Positions 25,834-39,874 of a stretch of 64,000 bases of DNA are shown one piece after another. The notes under the pieces were generated by a model, which ran no database searches, had not been told where the DNA came from, and worked only from the letters and a program-made list of their open reading frames with translations. Position numbers and translations under genes: made by a program. The DNA is taken from NCBI GenBank assembly GCA_002269645.1, contig NIVC01000140.1, forward strand, positions 124,001-188,000, written 5' to 3'. The number at the start of each line of letters is the position of its first letter. Within the stretch, counting starts at the first letter, position 1. This DNA is from Macrostomum lignano. Lineage: Eukaryota.

Positions 25834-28492
25834 ATGTCAGCACCAACAAAATCTGCGGCAGCGATTGTGAAGGAAGAATGGAACCACTTCCGGACTTCTT
25901 CCTCCGTTCGTGGTCTGAAGAGAACAATGACGTCACCAACATGGAGCTTGAAAATTTTCTGGATCCTGTTTCTGCTTGCGTTTTTTGCAGTTACGATCGC
26001 CCAAATGTACAATGTGCTGTCAGTGTATTTGAAGCAAAAAGACGCCACGATCATGCAGATTCGAAAAGAAGAGAACTTGCCGCAGGAATTTCCTGCCATT
26101 TCCTTCTGCAGACAGCAGCCGTTCGTCAAAGGCAGCATCGTGATGGAGAAACTCAGACAGCACAATGCTACCTTTCTCTCCCAAGAGGAGTACAATCTGT
26201 TCCTCAATAAGGAAACTCAGGACTTGCTGTCATTGAACCTGAGTACCGCCCAAATGAACCATCAATCGCAGAGAATTTTAATTTTTTTCGACAAAATGCA
26301 AGAGTTCGTTGCGCAAATTCCAACTGCAGCAGTGCCAGAAGTCGCCATGCCGATGAAGCATATGCTTCTGTATCTCAAGCTCACCTTTCAAAATTTCACT
26401 ACTGGATTTCACCACCTATCATTCGACGTTTTGGAGCACTTCACGAATCGGACTGTATGGAATGAGTTTACAACGAGTTTCGTGGATTTTTCAGTCTTCT
26501 ACCATCACGATTACTTGCTGTGTCATACCATCACACTTAAGGCAAGTTGGCATTCACCAGCTCTTCCTCTTTGCTTCAAAATTTTCCATAAAAATAGATC
26601 ATTTTTCCGCTATTTGGCCTATTTTCTCCAAGACACATTACTCCATCAGATGAAAACCCACTGTCAAAGTTTTTTGTTTTATTTGGAAGTCATTCGTTTT
26701 CTTTTGTAATCCTTTTTATCTTTTCACCTTAGAAGCAAATCATTTGGGCCATGCATGCTGGTGTAGATATTTTAGCAGCCTTCAGATACGAGTCTAAAAC
26801 ACGATCCTATGCCAATGCTTTAGATATTTTAGCAGCCTTCAGATACGAGTCTAAAACACGATCCCATGCCAATGCTTTAGATATTTTAGCAGCCTTCAGA
26901 TACGAGTCTAAAACACGATCCTATGCCAATGCTTTAGATATTTTAGCAGCCTTCAGATACGAGTCTAAAACACGATCCCATGCCAATGCCAGTATAATAC
27001 CTGATAGGGCCACAGAAAGCGCCTCTTTGGTACACCTCTGTCCGATAACGGATTTTGACACACCTTTGACATAAAGCTCATCAAGGCTTGATCAATCATA
27101 GCACAGCGCACGCGTTTGCTCCCAATTCTGCTTATTGCGTCAAGTTCCATTCTGGATTCAAAGCAATGAGAGCTACAAATTTTGCAGATGGCTGAAGCGC
27201 AGCTGCAGCAAATTTCCTTCATGGATTTGCTGCTCTGGAACCCGGAAATCGATCTCAGCACGGAGTCGCAATCCTCATCGCGTGCAGCTGCAATCGAGGG
27301 TTTCCTGAATGGAGACTCAATTATGATGGCGCTGCACCCGACTGAAGTGCACGGCCTCTCAGCCATAAAAACTTCCGCCATTCATCTGCAGCATGGCAAG
27401 ATGAGCGAGCTTCACTTTGATGTGACAGTGTCAAACTTTATGAATTGTGCCAGACAAAAACTGCAGCATGGAAACTCTGGTGAATTCAGCTACACAAGTG
27501 GCCACTGCAGGTTTGTGGGATTGTATTGTCGATTGTCAACTTTGGTTATTAGCAAAATATTGCTCAGCAACTACTCTGGTATGGGGAAGATTTTTTCCAA
27601 CGCATTTGTAAGCCTGGAACAGCCTATGTACAGCATCAATTTAATTAATAAGTTGAGTTGACTTACGCTACATTTATACAATGTCAGATCGCCAATCCTA
27701 TGAATATATTTTTGCTTTTCGTGTAGTTAAAGACTAATTAAAAATGGAGAGCTTATCAATCAAAGATTCATGTCTAACTAAGCCACCAGGAAAAGTTAAT
27801 GATATGCTCGATTCAATGCAGCCATAGGGCTATGCAATAAAAACGAATGCAATTAAATGCTACCTCTGATCTGCAGGTTTCTGGACTTTGACGCCAAAAC
27901 TAGGCGAGAGTGCAACTGCACTTATGACCCGATGGCTTTCCCGATGCCCAGATGCGGCCAGCTGCACAAAGGACAGTCAGTGCTCACTGAATTCAACAGA
28001 CGCATCAGCTGCGCTACAAAAACCAGCACAGAAAATTCCGTCTGCAGTTTGCCGCCTTGCTCGCAAACTGAGTACGCCGTGTCGCCTCTGTTTTACGACT
28101 GGGGCATCAATGACTTCCAGTGGAAATGGTTCTGGGAATTCGCGACGAACTGGGAGAAAGGTTTGGTCGAGTACTGGCAGTACAGAGGCCTCAACGCCTC
28201 GCAGAGAACTCAAGCACTTCGGCAGCCTCTCGTTAACTTCTCGGAAGTCAGCCGTCATTTGTCATCGGTGAGAATCGTGCGCAGATCGCTTCAGACTACT
28301 TTCGAGACTGAGGTAGCGCTGACCAGCGCAGCGAATCTGCTGAGCAGCCTCGGAGGCGCGCTGTCAATGTACATGGGCGTCACGGTGACTTTGGTGGCGG
28401 AGTTCGCGGAGTTCTTAGTTCTGGTGTTCAGGGCTCTGAGGAGCAGACGCAGAGCCGTCATTGAGGTTCAGGAAGTTAGTGCGAAACAGTGA
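25834..28492 (+). CDS. DEG/ENaC family sodium channel, tandem copy A (548 aa)
   Basis: Exons 25834-26541, 27188-27510 and 27877-28492; intron 1 is GC-AG. Features are TM1 (IFWILFLLAFFAVTIAQ), post-TM1 FPAISFC, a Cys-rich thumb (CNC...C...PPC) and TM2 LLSSLGGALSMYMGVTVTLVAEFAEF. Confidence 0.85.
26760..26990. repeat. 57-bp tandem repeat, 4 copies
   Basis: tagatattttagcagccttcagatacgagtctaaaacacgatcc... in intron 1 of ENaC copy A. Confidence 0.88.
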
Positions 28493-30234
28493 TCATTAGG
28501 TTGTAAGTAACTCGTAAGTCGTTCCTCGCACTTACGCATATGTTTTGACCATGACCTCATCGACAAGAAAACAAAAAGGAAAACGCACTCGTACTATCAT
28601 TTTCCAGAATGAATGCAACATTTAATCAAATTAGCTCGTAAGAGTAAAATTCATCCTAAATTTAGCTATTTTTAAGACCAAATAGACTCATAAATGTAAT
28701 ATTCTAATACAGGCAAGCGTATTATACTACTCCCTTCTATGTTAAGATTCTTGATGATACTAATTTGTTATCAAGTCTATCAATATTTAGCTTACTTGAT
28801 TCATGATGTGCGAATATCTAAATATCATATCTGCGACTATCGACAAGATGTGCCATCAGATGTCAGACTAAGTGCAGTTTCATACCGAAAGGCATAAAAT
28901 TTTACCACGTAATTGCAATTCGCCAACCGATGCAAGCTCTCTCGAAAGTGAGTGCCTCGCTGCGGTGCACTTTTTATTACAAGCGAAATGTAAGGTTGCT
29001 CCTATGTACTTTACTTCCTATGTACTTTACTTCCTATGTACTTTACTTCCTGTGCACTTTACTTTACTGAATTTTCAATTATCTGTAAACTGTAAACTAC
29101 TTTGAACTGTAGTGATCGGTGGATACTATCAGATAGATTTTTTTGCAAAAAAAGTTGTTGACCTTGTTGCGTACTTAAATGCTTTCTTCAGCATAAGAAT
29201 ATATTTTAAATAACTAGATTCCACCTATCAGTGGCAGATACTCTCCTGTGACCTCATGCTTTGTTACAAGCTGGCGTTTTTGCTTGCTCTGGGCTAAGTT
29301 ACCACAGTAGCTGAATCAGTATAGAGTATCTATTAACATGATGATGACCCATTGTGGTGCGTCTGACACAAAAATTGCCCCCATTTTTTGCTCCAGTGCA
29401 TCAATTCCTTGAAAAGAACATCCTGGACTCAAGGAGTCAATGACAGCTACATGTAGCGACCCAGGCTATACTGCAGATGCAGAACGGTATTAGTATTTGC
29501 AATTATGTTGTGTGCTTCAAATGCTATGTTTTGTATTTTGGAGTCCTTGCCACAAAGCATGGCAAATAAACATGAATCATTACGACTTAAAAAATTTATG
29601 AAGGACTTCCTGATAGTGGGCTTTGAATCAATTGGCCAAAATGATTCCTTCAAGTAACTCCTGAATGCCCATGCTTAACGCTGTCCGTCACAAAAGCAAC
29701 TAATTTTGGCTGCTATTGCACTGGAGTTGCACTGGGGTAGAAGCACAAACCAACTGCAGGCTTGCAAAGCGCTACTGCCAGTACTCGTATCACAGGTTAA
29801 TACTTTATGATTGTCAGACAGAATTTTATCGCTTTATCTTTGAGACCAGTAGAGAAGTTGAGGCTCTCGAACCCCCTCAGTTCGCGACAGGCAAGTTGCA
29901 GCACAATGAACTGGCGTCTACCCCTCATCGCTCTGTCAGAGCTACTGTTCAAGCTCACGCCACGCCAATTAGGCGCAGGCCAAATCTATCAGAATTGCTC
30001 ACTTTTGACAGGCCGAATAGAGGCCTGCAGGCACCGCCTGGGAGCCATGCCACTGCGGCGTTGCGATATTTAGATCTTCTGAATTCGGCTTTATGATAGT
30101 GGATGCTTTAAATTTTGTTTTTTGGCGATGTGAAAATTGGGTCTTTTCATCGAACTTTCAACAAGAGAGCTGATTGACAGCAGCGTCACAGGTCGCACGC
30201 TGGGCGCACGCTGGGCGCAAACGTAGGCCGTGCC

Positions 30235-30605
30235 CGCCGACCGATTCCGACGCGCCGGCGTCAACCAGGACGACCAGTCGACGAAAGTCCAAGTGGGCGA
30301 TGCCTTAGCCGGTAGGGTGCCTGCCGCGTCAGCAGAAGCATCTCCTGCACCGGCTGTGGCAGTAAGACTCGGCGCGGATGATGTGGCCTGCCAGCTGGAG
30401 TTTCAGGCGCAACCGGTCGCTTGGACGCACCAGCCAGCGAGGCGATACAGTTCCGCGTTGGTGACTCGCTCGTTGTCAATCTTAGAGATGACGCACAGCA
30501 GGCCCTCGTGCGTCAACTTGCTGTTTGAGCGAGTCTGTCAGCGTCCAGGTTCAGAGCTGTGCAGCAAGACGGCCTCGAGCTACGCTTGGAACAACATTTT
30601 ATCTG
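30235..30605 (-). mobile_element. Decayed 3' fragment of a non-LTR retrotransposon (region C-terminal to the RT)
   Basis: Frameshifted minus-strand translation gives EAVLLHSSE...NERVTNAELYR...LQLAGHIIRAESYC.QPVQEMLLL, typical of RTE/L2-like ORF2 C-termini. Confidence 0.55.
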
Positions 30606-31309
30606 GACTAAACCAACTAGGTAATTTAGCCGGAGATTTGTGATGCGAGTTTGGATGCTACATGTCAACTTCATTTTCAGATATCTTCGGTGCAAAATTT
30701 AGGATCATTATGTGCAGTGTTACCATGTGAAAAAATCTTTTCAGAGGCATTACCACTTGTGCTAACAACCTGTAATATATTCTCGGAATCACAATATTAA
30801 TTTACACCAGAACCCACTTTATCCAGCAAGAGTTCTTCCTTACGGGGACTTAGATGCACCCAGCAGTTTGCTAAGCTCAAACACTAGACAGCCAGTCAGT
30901 TCCACTCCAGCAGCAGCGGACTTCGGACCAGTCTGGCATCAATTTGCTCCGAGTTTGACCAAATTTGTTTGCACTTGCTGCTCAGTGGAAATTTTATTGG
31001 CGAATGAAGTCAGCAAGGCGGTCTTTAATTGCAAGCACACATTTGCAGGGTTAGCGACGAGTGCAGGCTGACTGCCGACAAATATATAGAACTGCCGGGT
31101 CAGAATCAATTAGTTGATGAATTATGAGATGTGCAGCAGCTTGAATTGACTGCACTTGCACTCTGGTTGGTAATTGCCGGACTGCAGGCAAACAGAATTG
31201 CTGTACGGGTCCCAGCCATTAAATAATTGGCTTCCCAGTCAGTTTACCTGGGCTCATTCGCGTCTATATTTACCAAGCAGCTGCTGTAGCCAGGATGTAA
31301 CCGAGCAGC

Positions 31310-33454
31310 ATGTCAGCAACAACCAAATCTGCGGCGGCGATTGTGAAGGAAGAATGGAACCACTTCCGGGCTTCTTCATCCGTTCGTGGTCTGAAGAGAA
31401 CAATGACGTCACCAACATGGAGTTTGAAAATTTTCTGGATCCTGTTTCTGCTTGCATTTTTTGCAGTTACGATCGCGCAAATGTACAATGTGCTGTCAGT
31501 GTATTTGAAGCAAAAAGACGCTACGATCATGCAGATTCGAAAAGAAGAGAACTCGCCGCAGAAATTTCCTGCCATTTCCTTCTGCAGCCAGCAGCCGTTC
31601 GTCAAGGGCAGCATCGTGATGGAGAAACTCAGACAGCACAATGCTACCTTTCTCTCCCAAGAGGAGTACAGTCTGTTCCTCAATAAGGAAACTCAGGACT
31701 TGCTGTCATTGAACCTGAGTGATGTACAGCTGAGCGACACATCGCAGAGCATTTTGATTTTCTACGATACACTACAAGAGTTCTATGCTCAAATTCCAAC
31801 TGCAGCAGTGCCAGAAGTCGCCATGCAATTCGATCATTTGGTCCTGTATCTCAAGATCACTGATCAAGACGGAAAAACCGCCGTACATCACGTTTCATTT
31901 GAAATTTTGACGGAGTTCACAAATCGGACAATACTGAAGGGGTTTACAAGTCGATTTTTACGGAAATCGGCCTTTTATCATCCAAACTATTTGCTGTGTC
32001 ATACCCTGCGATTGGAAGTAAGTGACCGCAGGGTAGATTCTCAAATGCTATCCATAAAAAATCGAATTCAATTTAACACAGCATGAGTGAATAACATTTG
32101 TCAATTTATGTGTCCAATGTTTATCTTCAATATTCATAAAATTGAATTCCAGCTGTCTGAAGTAGACCTGAAGCGCATTGCCTCAGTAGACATGCTACTC
32201 TGGAATCCTAAAAAAAAATTCAGCACTGAGTCACAGAACTCTGCCTCTCGTGCAGCCGCATTTCAAGGTTTCGTGAATGGCGACTCAATTCTGGTGGCTC
32301 TGCACCCACCTGAAGTGCATGGATATTCTGGCATACAAATTTCTGCCACACATCTGCAGCACGGCAGGATGAATATGTTGCAATTCGATACCATTGTGTC
32401 AGACTACGTGAATTGTGCCGATCGCAAAGTGCGGCATGGCAGTTTTGGTGAATTCAGCTACACAAGTGGCCACTGCAAGTTAGTGTTTTGTTCAAGTAAT
32501 TATATCAGATAGCAAATTATTTTGGTGTAAGTTGTGTTGATTGAAATGCTGTGGATGTGAAGTTGCTTTTATTCATAAGCATCCAGCAAAATCTGTACAA
32601 GATAGTATGTGAACTTTTATAGCATTTGGCAAAAAACAAAATAGTCTCGCATTTACATGATAGATTTAGTGATCACTGACGTCATTGGTATACTGCAAAT
32701 GCAAAAGCGACAAGTAAGTCGATCCGCAGTCAGCAATGAGACAGCAGGTTATAATTATGCCCTTTTCACCCCCTGAGTATCCACAAGACTATAGTTATCT
32801 GGTACATATTGTAACTGGTGACAACTTTAAAATTGCAGCTTTCTTGAACTTGATGCCCAGCTCAGGCGAGAGTGCAACTGCACTTATGACCCGATGGCTT
32901 TCCCGATGCCCAGATGCGGCCAGTTGCACAAAGGACAGTCACTGATGAGCAGCATCTTTGATTTATTCAGTTGCGTTAATAAAATCAGCACAGAAAATTC
33001 CGTCTGCAGTTTGCCGCCTTGCTCGCAAACTGAGTACGCCGTGTCGCCTCTGTTTTACGACTGGGGCATCAATGACTTCCAGTGGAAATGGTTCTGGGAA
33101 TTCGCGACGAACTGGGAGAAAGGTTTGGTCGAGTACTGGCAGTACAGAGGCCTCAACGCCTCGCAGAGAACTCAAGCACTTCGGCAGCCTCTCGTTAACT
33201 TCTCGGAAGTCAGCCGTCATTTGTCATCGGTGAGAATCGTGCGCAGATCGCTTCAGACTACTTTCGAGACTGAGGTAGCGCTGACCAGCGCAGCGAATCT
33301 GCTGAGCAGCCTCGGAGGCGCGCTGTCAATGTACATGGGCGTCACGGTGACTTTGGTGGCGGAGTTCGCAGAGTTCTTAGTTCTGGTGTTCAGGGCTCTG
33401 AGGAGCAGACGCAGAGCCGTCATTGAGGTTCAGGAAGCTGCTAATAAACATTGA
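31310..33454 (+). CDS. DEG/ENaC family sodium channel, tandem copy B (~548 aa)
   Basis: Exons 31310-32017, 32153-32478 and 32839-33454, with the same intron positions and phases (0, 2) and the same motifs as copy A. Confidence 0.87.
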
Positions 33455-34984
33455 TTTTATAATAGCACTGTAAACAGTTCATACACTGCAGTGCATGCGT
33501 TCTGTTAAATACACTGGACAACAGGAGCAGGGGTTGGCGCAATTAGAACAATTCGATGACTCCTTAAGGCTGCTTTAAGTGCTAAGTTACAAAAGCCTAG
33601 TTGCGCCATAAAATGGCCTAAGTGCAGAAGAGACAAGTCAGTTTTATAGTGCAGACAGACATGCACGTAAAAGTTATCGGGGGACATGCCAATGCTTTGT
33701 CCCCCCACCCAACCCCACCTTGTGACCCGTTGTGGTAATCAATAATTTTTCTTCAGGGCGTCAAAATATAGCGCCTTCGGCCTGCGGCGCTAAAAGAAAT
33801 GCCTGCGGCGTCAAAAGGAGTGCCTGGGGCGCTAAAGGAATGCCTACGGCGCCAAAATGAGTGCCTGTGGCTCTAAAATGAGTACCAGCTGCGGCGCCAA
33901 AAGGAACACGATTCTCAAAAAATGGAAATGTAGAAATTTAGTCAGCTGTATAATGTGCATGTTGAATTCTTGGCTTTGTCCCCCCACCATAAATCCATGG
34001 CGACGCCCCTGAGTGCAGAAGTTTCCTACCTAATCTGCTGCTCACTGTTTACTTTCCGAATAGGTGTATTTCGCACTTTGTTCTTTCTATCATCCCGTTT
34101 TACTTAAACTCTTTTATGAAGATTTTTAGAACTCGCTCGCCGTGAGCTTTTAGAATTAATACGTGATAAGTCTTTCGAAATCAGACTGCAAATTCACTCG
34201 CAGACTTCTTATCTGACACAAAATACACGTTCTTGTTTGCGGCACACGAACTGGCAAATTGTTCTTTTGCAGACTTTTTTATATCCATTAAGGGAATTCC
34301 GAAAACCTGAAGTTCGAGTTTCGCAAATCTACTATGAGTGGGACTGGGAAGCTTAGGGTTCCCGGATTGCAACAGCAAAAATCATTAAACCTATTGGTGC
34401 TTAAGAGACCAAAAGCAGAGTCCAGGCTATTGCAGACAAATGACTCAGTGCCACAAGAGGCAAATCTTAACTCCAGTTTATTAGGGCAATAATGGCGATT
34501 GAGTTTATATTATTGCTTTTGCAAGAATGTTGGTCACTGGTCATAGAAATTTGCACAAGCACGCCAGAAGATGCGAATAACACTGACTGCATTAATCAAT
34601 AGCCCAGCTTCAGCGCGGAGAAGTGCACAAAATAAATATTAAGAACTTTATGCACTAAAACAGCCTGAATCTGCTGTCCACGAGCGACCAATGCAGCAAC
34701 AATGATTTCAGGTCAGGAACTCCTAAAATAGTGACCATTTGTCAAACTGACGCAATCCAAAGCATTCAAATATAATGATAAGCTATAGATAATAACATCA
34801 GATAATTTCACTAAATATTCCTGCGTATTTTACATGCAAAGATGATCCTAGGTGCCTAGTGAGGAGAGTTACAGTCGAAATTCGCGGTCAGCGGGCCGCA
34901 GTTAAACGCCTACGGTCTTATAAGAGAAAAAACGAAAACAGAAATCGAGAGCAGAGAAAACAAAGAAGTTTAAAAGGTCAGAGC

Positions 34985-37410
<2,426 letters not shown>

Positions 37411-39405
37411 GATGAGTTTTTCAGTACTTAAATGTGATTTAACAGAACTTGAGAATCACAGCAATATCTTGAGACAGTTGTTGAGGCGAATGATTAAAAG
37501 TCTGTGGTATATATGCAAAAATTGAACCGAGATTCTGACAGCAAGAACAAAGTAGATCTATACCAATAAAAACATTTTACATTTAATTTTTTAAATTAGA
37601 AAACTTTTAAAATTATTATAACATATTTTAATGTTCATTCTGAGTCTACTGTAAATCTTGAATAAAAGTTTTTGTTAAAATCTACAGCAGAACAAGATTG
37701 GTATTTTAAATTTATGAAGCGTTTTTCCACGATTGAGGCTCTTTCTATAACTATGACGGCGAAAAATTCATTGTTCTTTTTTAAACAAGTAATACTAGCT
37801 CAAGGAAAGCATTATAGTCTAGATCCAACGAGCTAATTCATAACCCCAAATCCAATGAAATGCTGCCTACAATATCAACACACCTTATATAGGTATAGGC
37901 TGCCATTGTTATCAATGACAATGATACAAAACTTATAAAAGAGAAATAAATTTTATAACTTTTTACTTTATTATTTTAATTGAATTATATAGTTCATATG
38001 TATTGGATTAGTCCATACTCTATACACAGTCTATAATATACAATGTTATTATTATTATATTTTTAAACAGTGGCAGCACAGCACCTCCAATTAGGGGGTG
38101 GGGGCAGGGGTTGGGTGGTCAACCCCCATGCCCCCTACCCCTACAAGAAAAAAAATTTTCTTGTGGCCTTGCGCATACTTTCAGATTTTTTTGTTAAAGG
38201 GGTGGTCACCCAGGAGCTACAGCCGCTCTCCCTGCCCCTTTGTAACATGTCTAACTTAGCTTGTCTATCTTTATCAAGGTGTCATTAATTAGTAATGACT
38301 ATTATGATAAGGCTTGAGTAGCCTTTGTAAAGTTTATAATTAAATTTGACCAAGCTATATTACAGATGACAAGGCTACTTATTAATTATTATTATTAATG
38401 TATAATAATATTAATATTAGTAATATTAATGTAATGTATGTAATATATGAATTTTCTTGCATAGAAGTTTTTGTTTCAAACATAATCAATGTAGTATATA
38501 AGTATAACATTTTTATATTCATTATTCATTTTTGATGTAAACCATTATTAATAGTGCTATTTTAGTATTTATTTAAAATAATAATCCAACATAGCATATA
38601 TTTAAACTAAAGACTAAATGATTATTTATTAGCTTTAAAAATTATTTAACATTTAGTTCCCAAATAGAGACTATTTTAGTATTATGAATATATATATATA
38701 TATATATAATAAACTAAAAATAGCATTAAAATTAATGATAGGCCCTATAAAAACATTTTCTTTTTAAAATGTACATGGCATACAGCATTAGGCTAGAATT
38801 CTTAGAAAGCCAATAAAAAATTGGGGCTGGATAGGGTAGTATGAAAAGGCAGGGTTAGAAGATTTAAGCTGGGATAAAAGTCAATAAATGAGCCTTGACT
38901 TAAAAAATAAATTAAAATGCTTCTATTTAACTTACTACTAAACTAAAAGTAGAATACGCACAAATGTGCTAAGTGGCTCATCTAGTTATTCTAGTATCGA
39001 TGGTTTTAATTAGGCAATATACTCGTAATCATAGGCAATGGGATCTTGTGGCACTGGGGATATGTGCCCAGTGCCCCCCTTGAAAATGAGTCCACGTGGT
39101 AATTTTTTAGGCCATAATTAACAGCTTATAAAGGTACCTATGCCCCCCTTGCCCTGTGCCCAGTGTCCCCCCTAAAATATTAGGCTCCGCCACCCCTGCT
39201 CTTAATGGCTATATGCAACTTTTTTCGTTTAGCTCTCAGTTAACAAGCCCTTTAATTTTTAGATATAGCAAAGGCATCTAATCCCTTTGCTTTTGTTGAA
39301 AATATCCTATTTGATATACATGAGTAACATATGCTGGAAACATTGATTTGTCTGACTTATTCTAATGGCTTTATCACTTTCTGAAAAGTTTTATACCTAT
39401 ACATA

Positions 39406-39719
39406 GGGGTTTATAGCCTAGTGGTTCGAGCATTGGACTCTTGACTGAAAGTTTGGGGGTTAGATTCTCAACCTTCTCAAAACAGTTTGTGTCCTTGAGC
39501 AAGGCACTTAATTCTGCATTGCATATGCATAGTTCACCCACCTGTAAAATGGGTACCAGCATTAGCTGGGATGATTGAGGGTGTGTGTGATGACCCCCAG
39601 TCCTTGGACTGAAAAGCTGTATGCAGCCTTTACTCGTAGATGCGCCGCTCAATAGCTGTGGCTGAGCTGTCAGCTGCACATGTGCACAATAGGGCAATAG
39701 TAATTAGTTATTATTATTA
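39406..39719 (+). mobile_element. tRNA-derived SINE with a CORE-like central domain
   Basis: A-box tagcctagtgg (~39414), degenerate B-box ggttagattc (~39458), gtgtccttgagcaaggcacttaa and ctgtaaaatggg resembling the MIR/CORE consensus from memory, and a (tta)n tail. Confidence 0.6.
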
Positions 39720-39874
39720 CGAGCGTATTATCATGTACCTATGCTAAAAGTGAATATAAGAAAAAGCAAGGGTAGTCTAGCAAAAGAATGCTGACCAAAT
39801 GATTTGATCAAACGCAACCCACCAATCAAATCCGCATTGGTTTCAGACTGTCAGCCCTACTGGCAATAAACGCC

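Noticed and set aside
26542-26709. C-terminal extension of the 291-aa ORF as real coding sequence
   Set aside because: Similarity to copy B stops at codon 236, where a GC donor sits; the extension is T-rich intron-like sequence
29447-30096. ORFs between the two ENaC copies
   Set aside because: No recognisable motif or phase-compatible exon chain; probably decayed repeat sequence
33660-34012. GC-rich segment with short gcctgcggcgc repeats and ttgtcccccc duplicates (similar segments at ~38070-38230, 39040-39200, 47340-47410)
   Set aside because: Probably small non-autonomous DNA transposons, but I could not define TIRs or TSDs
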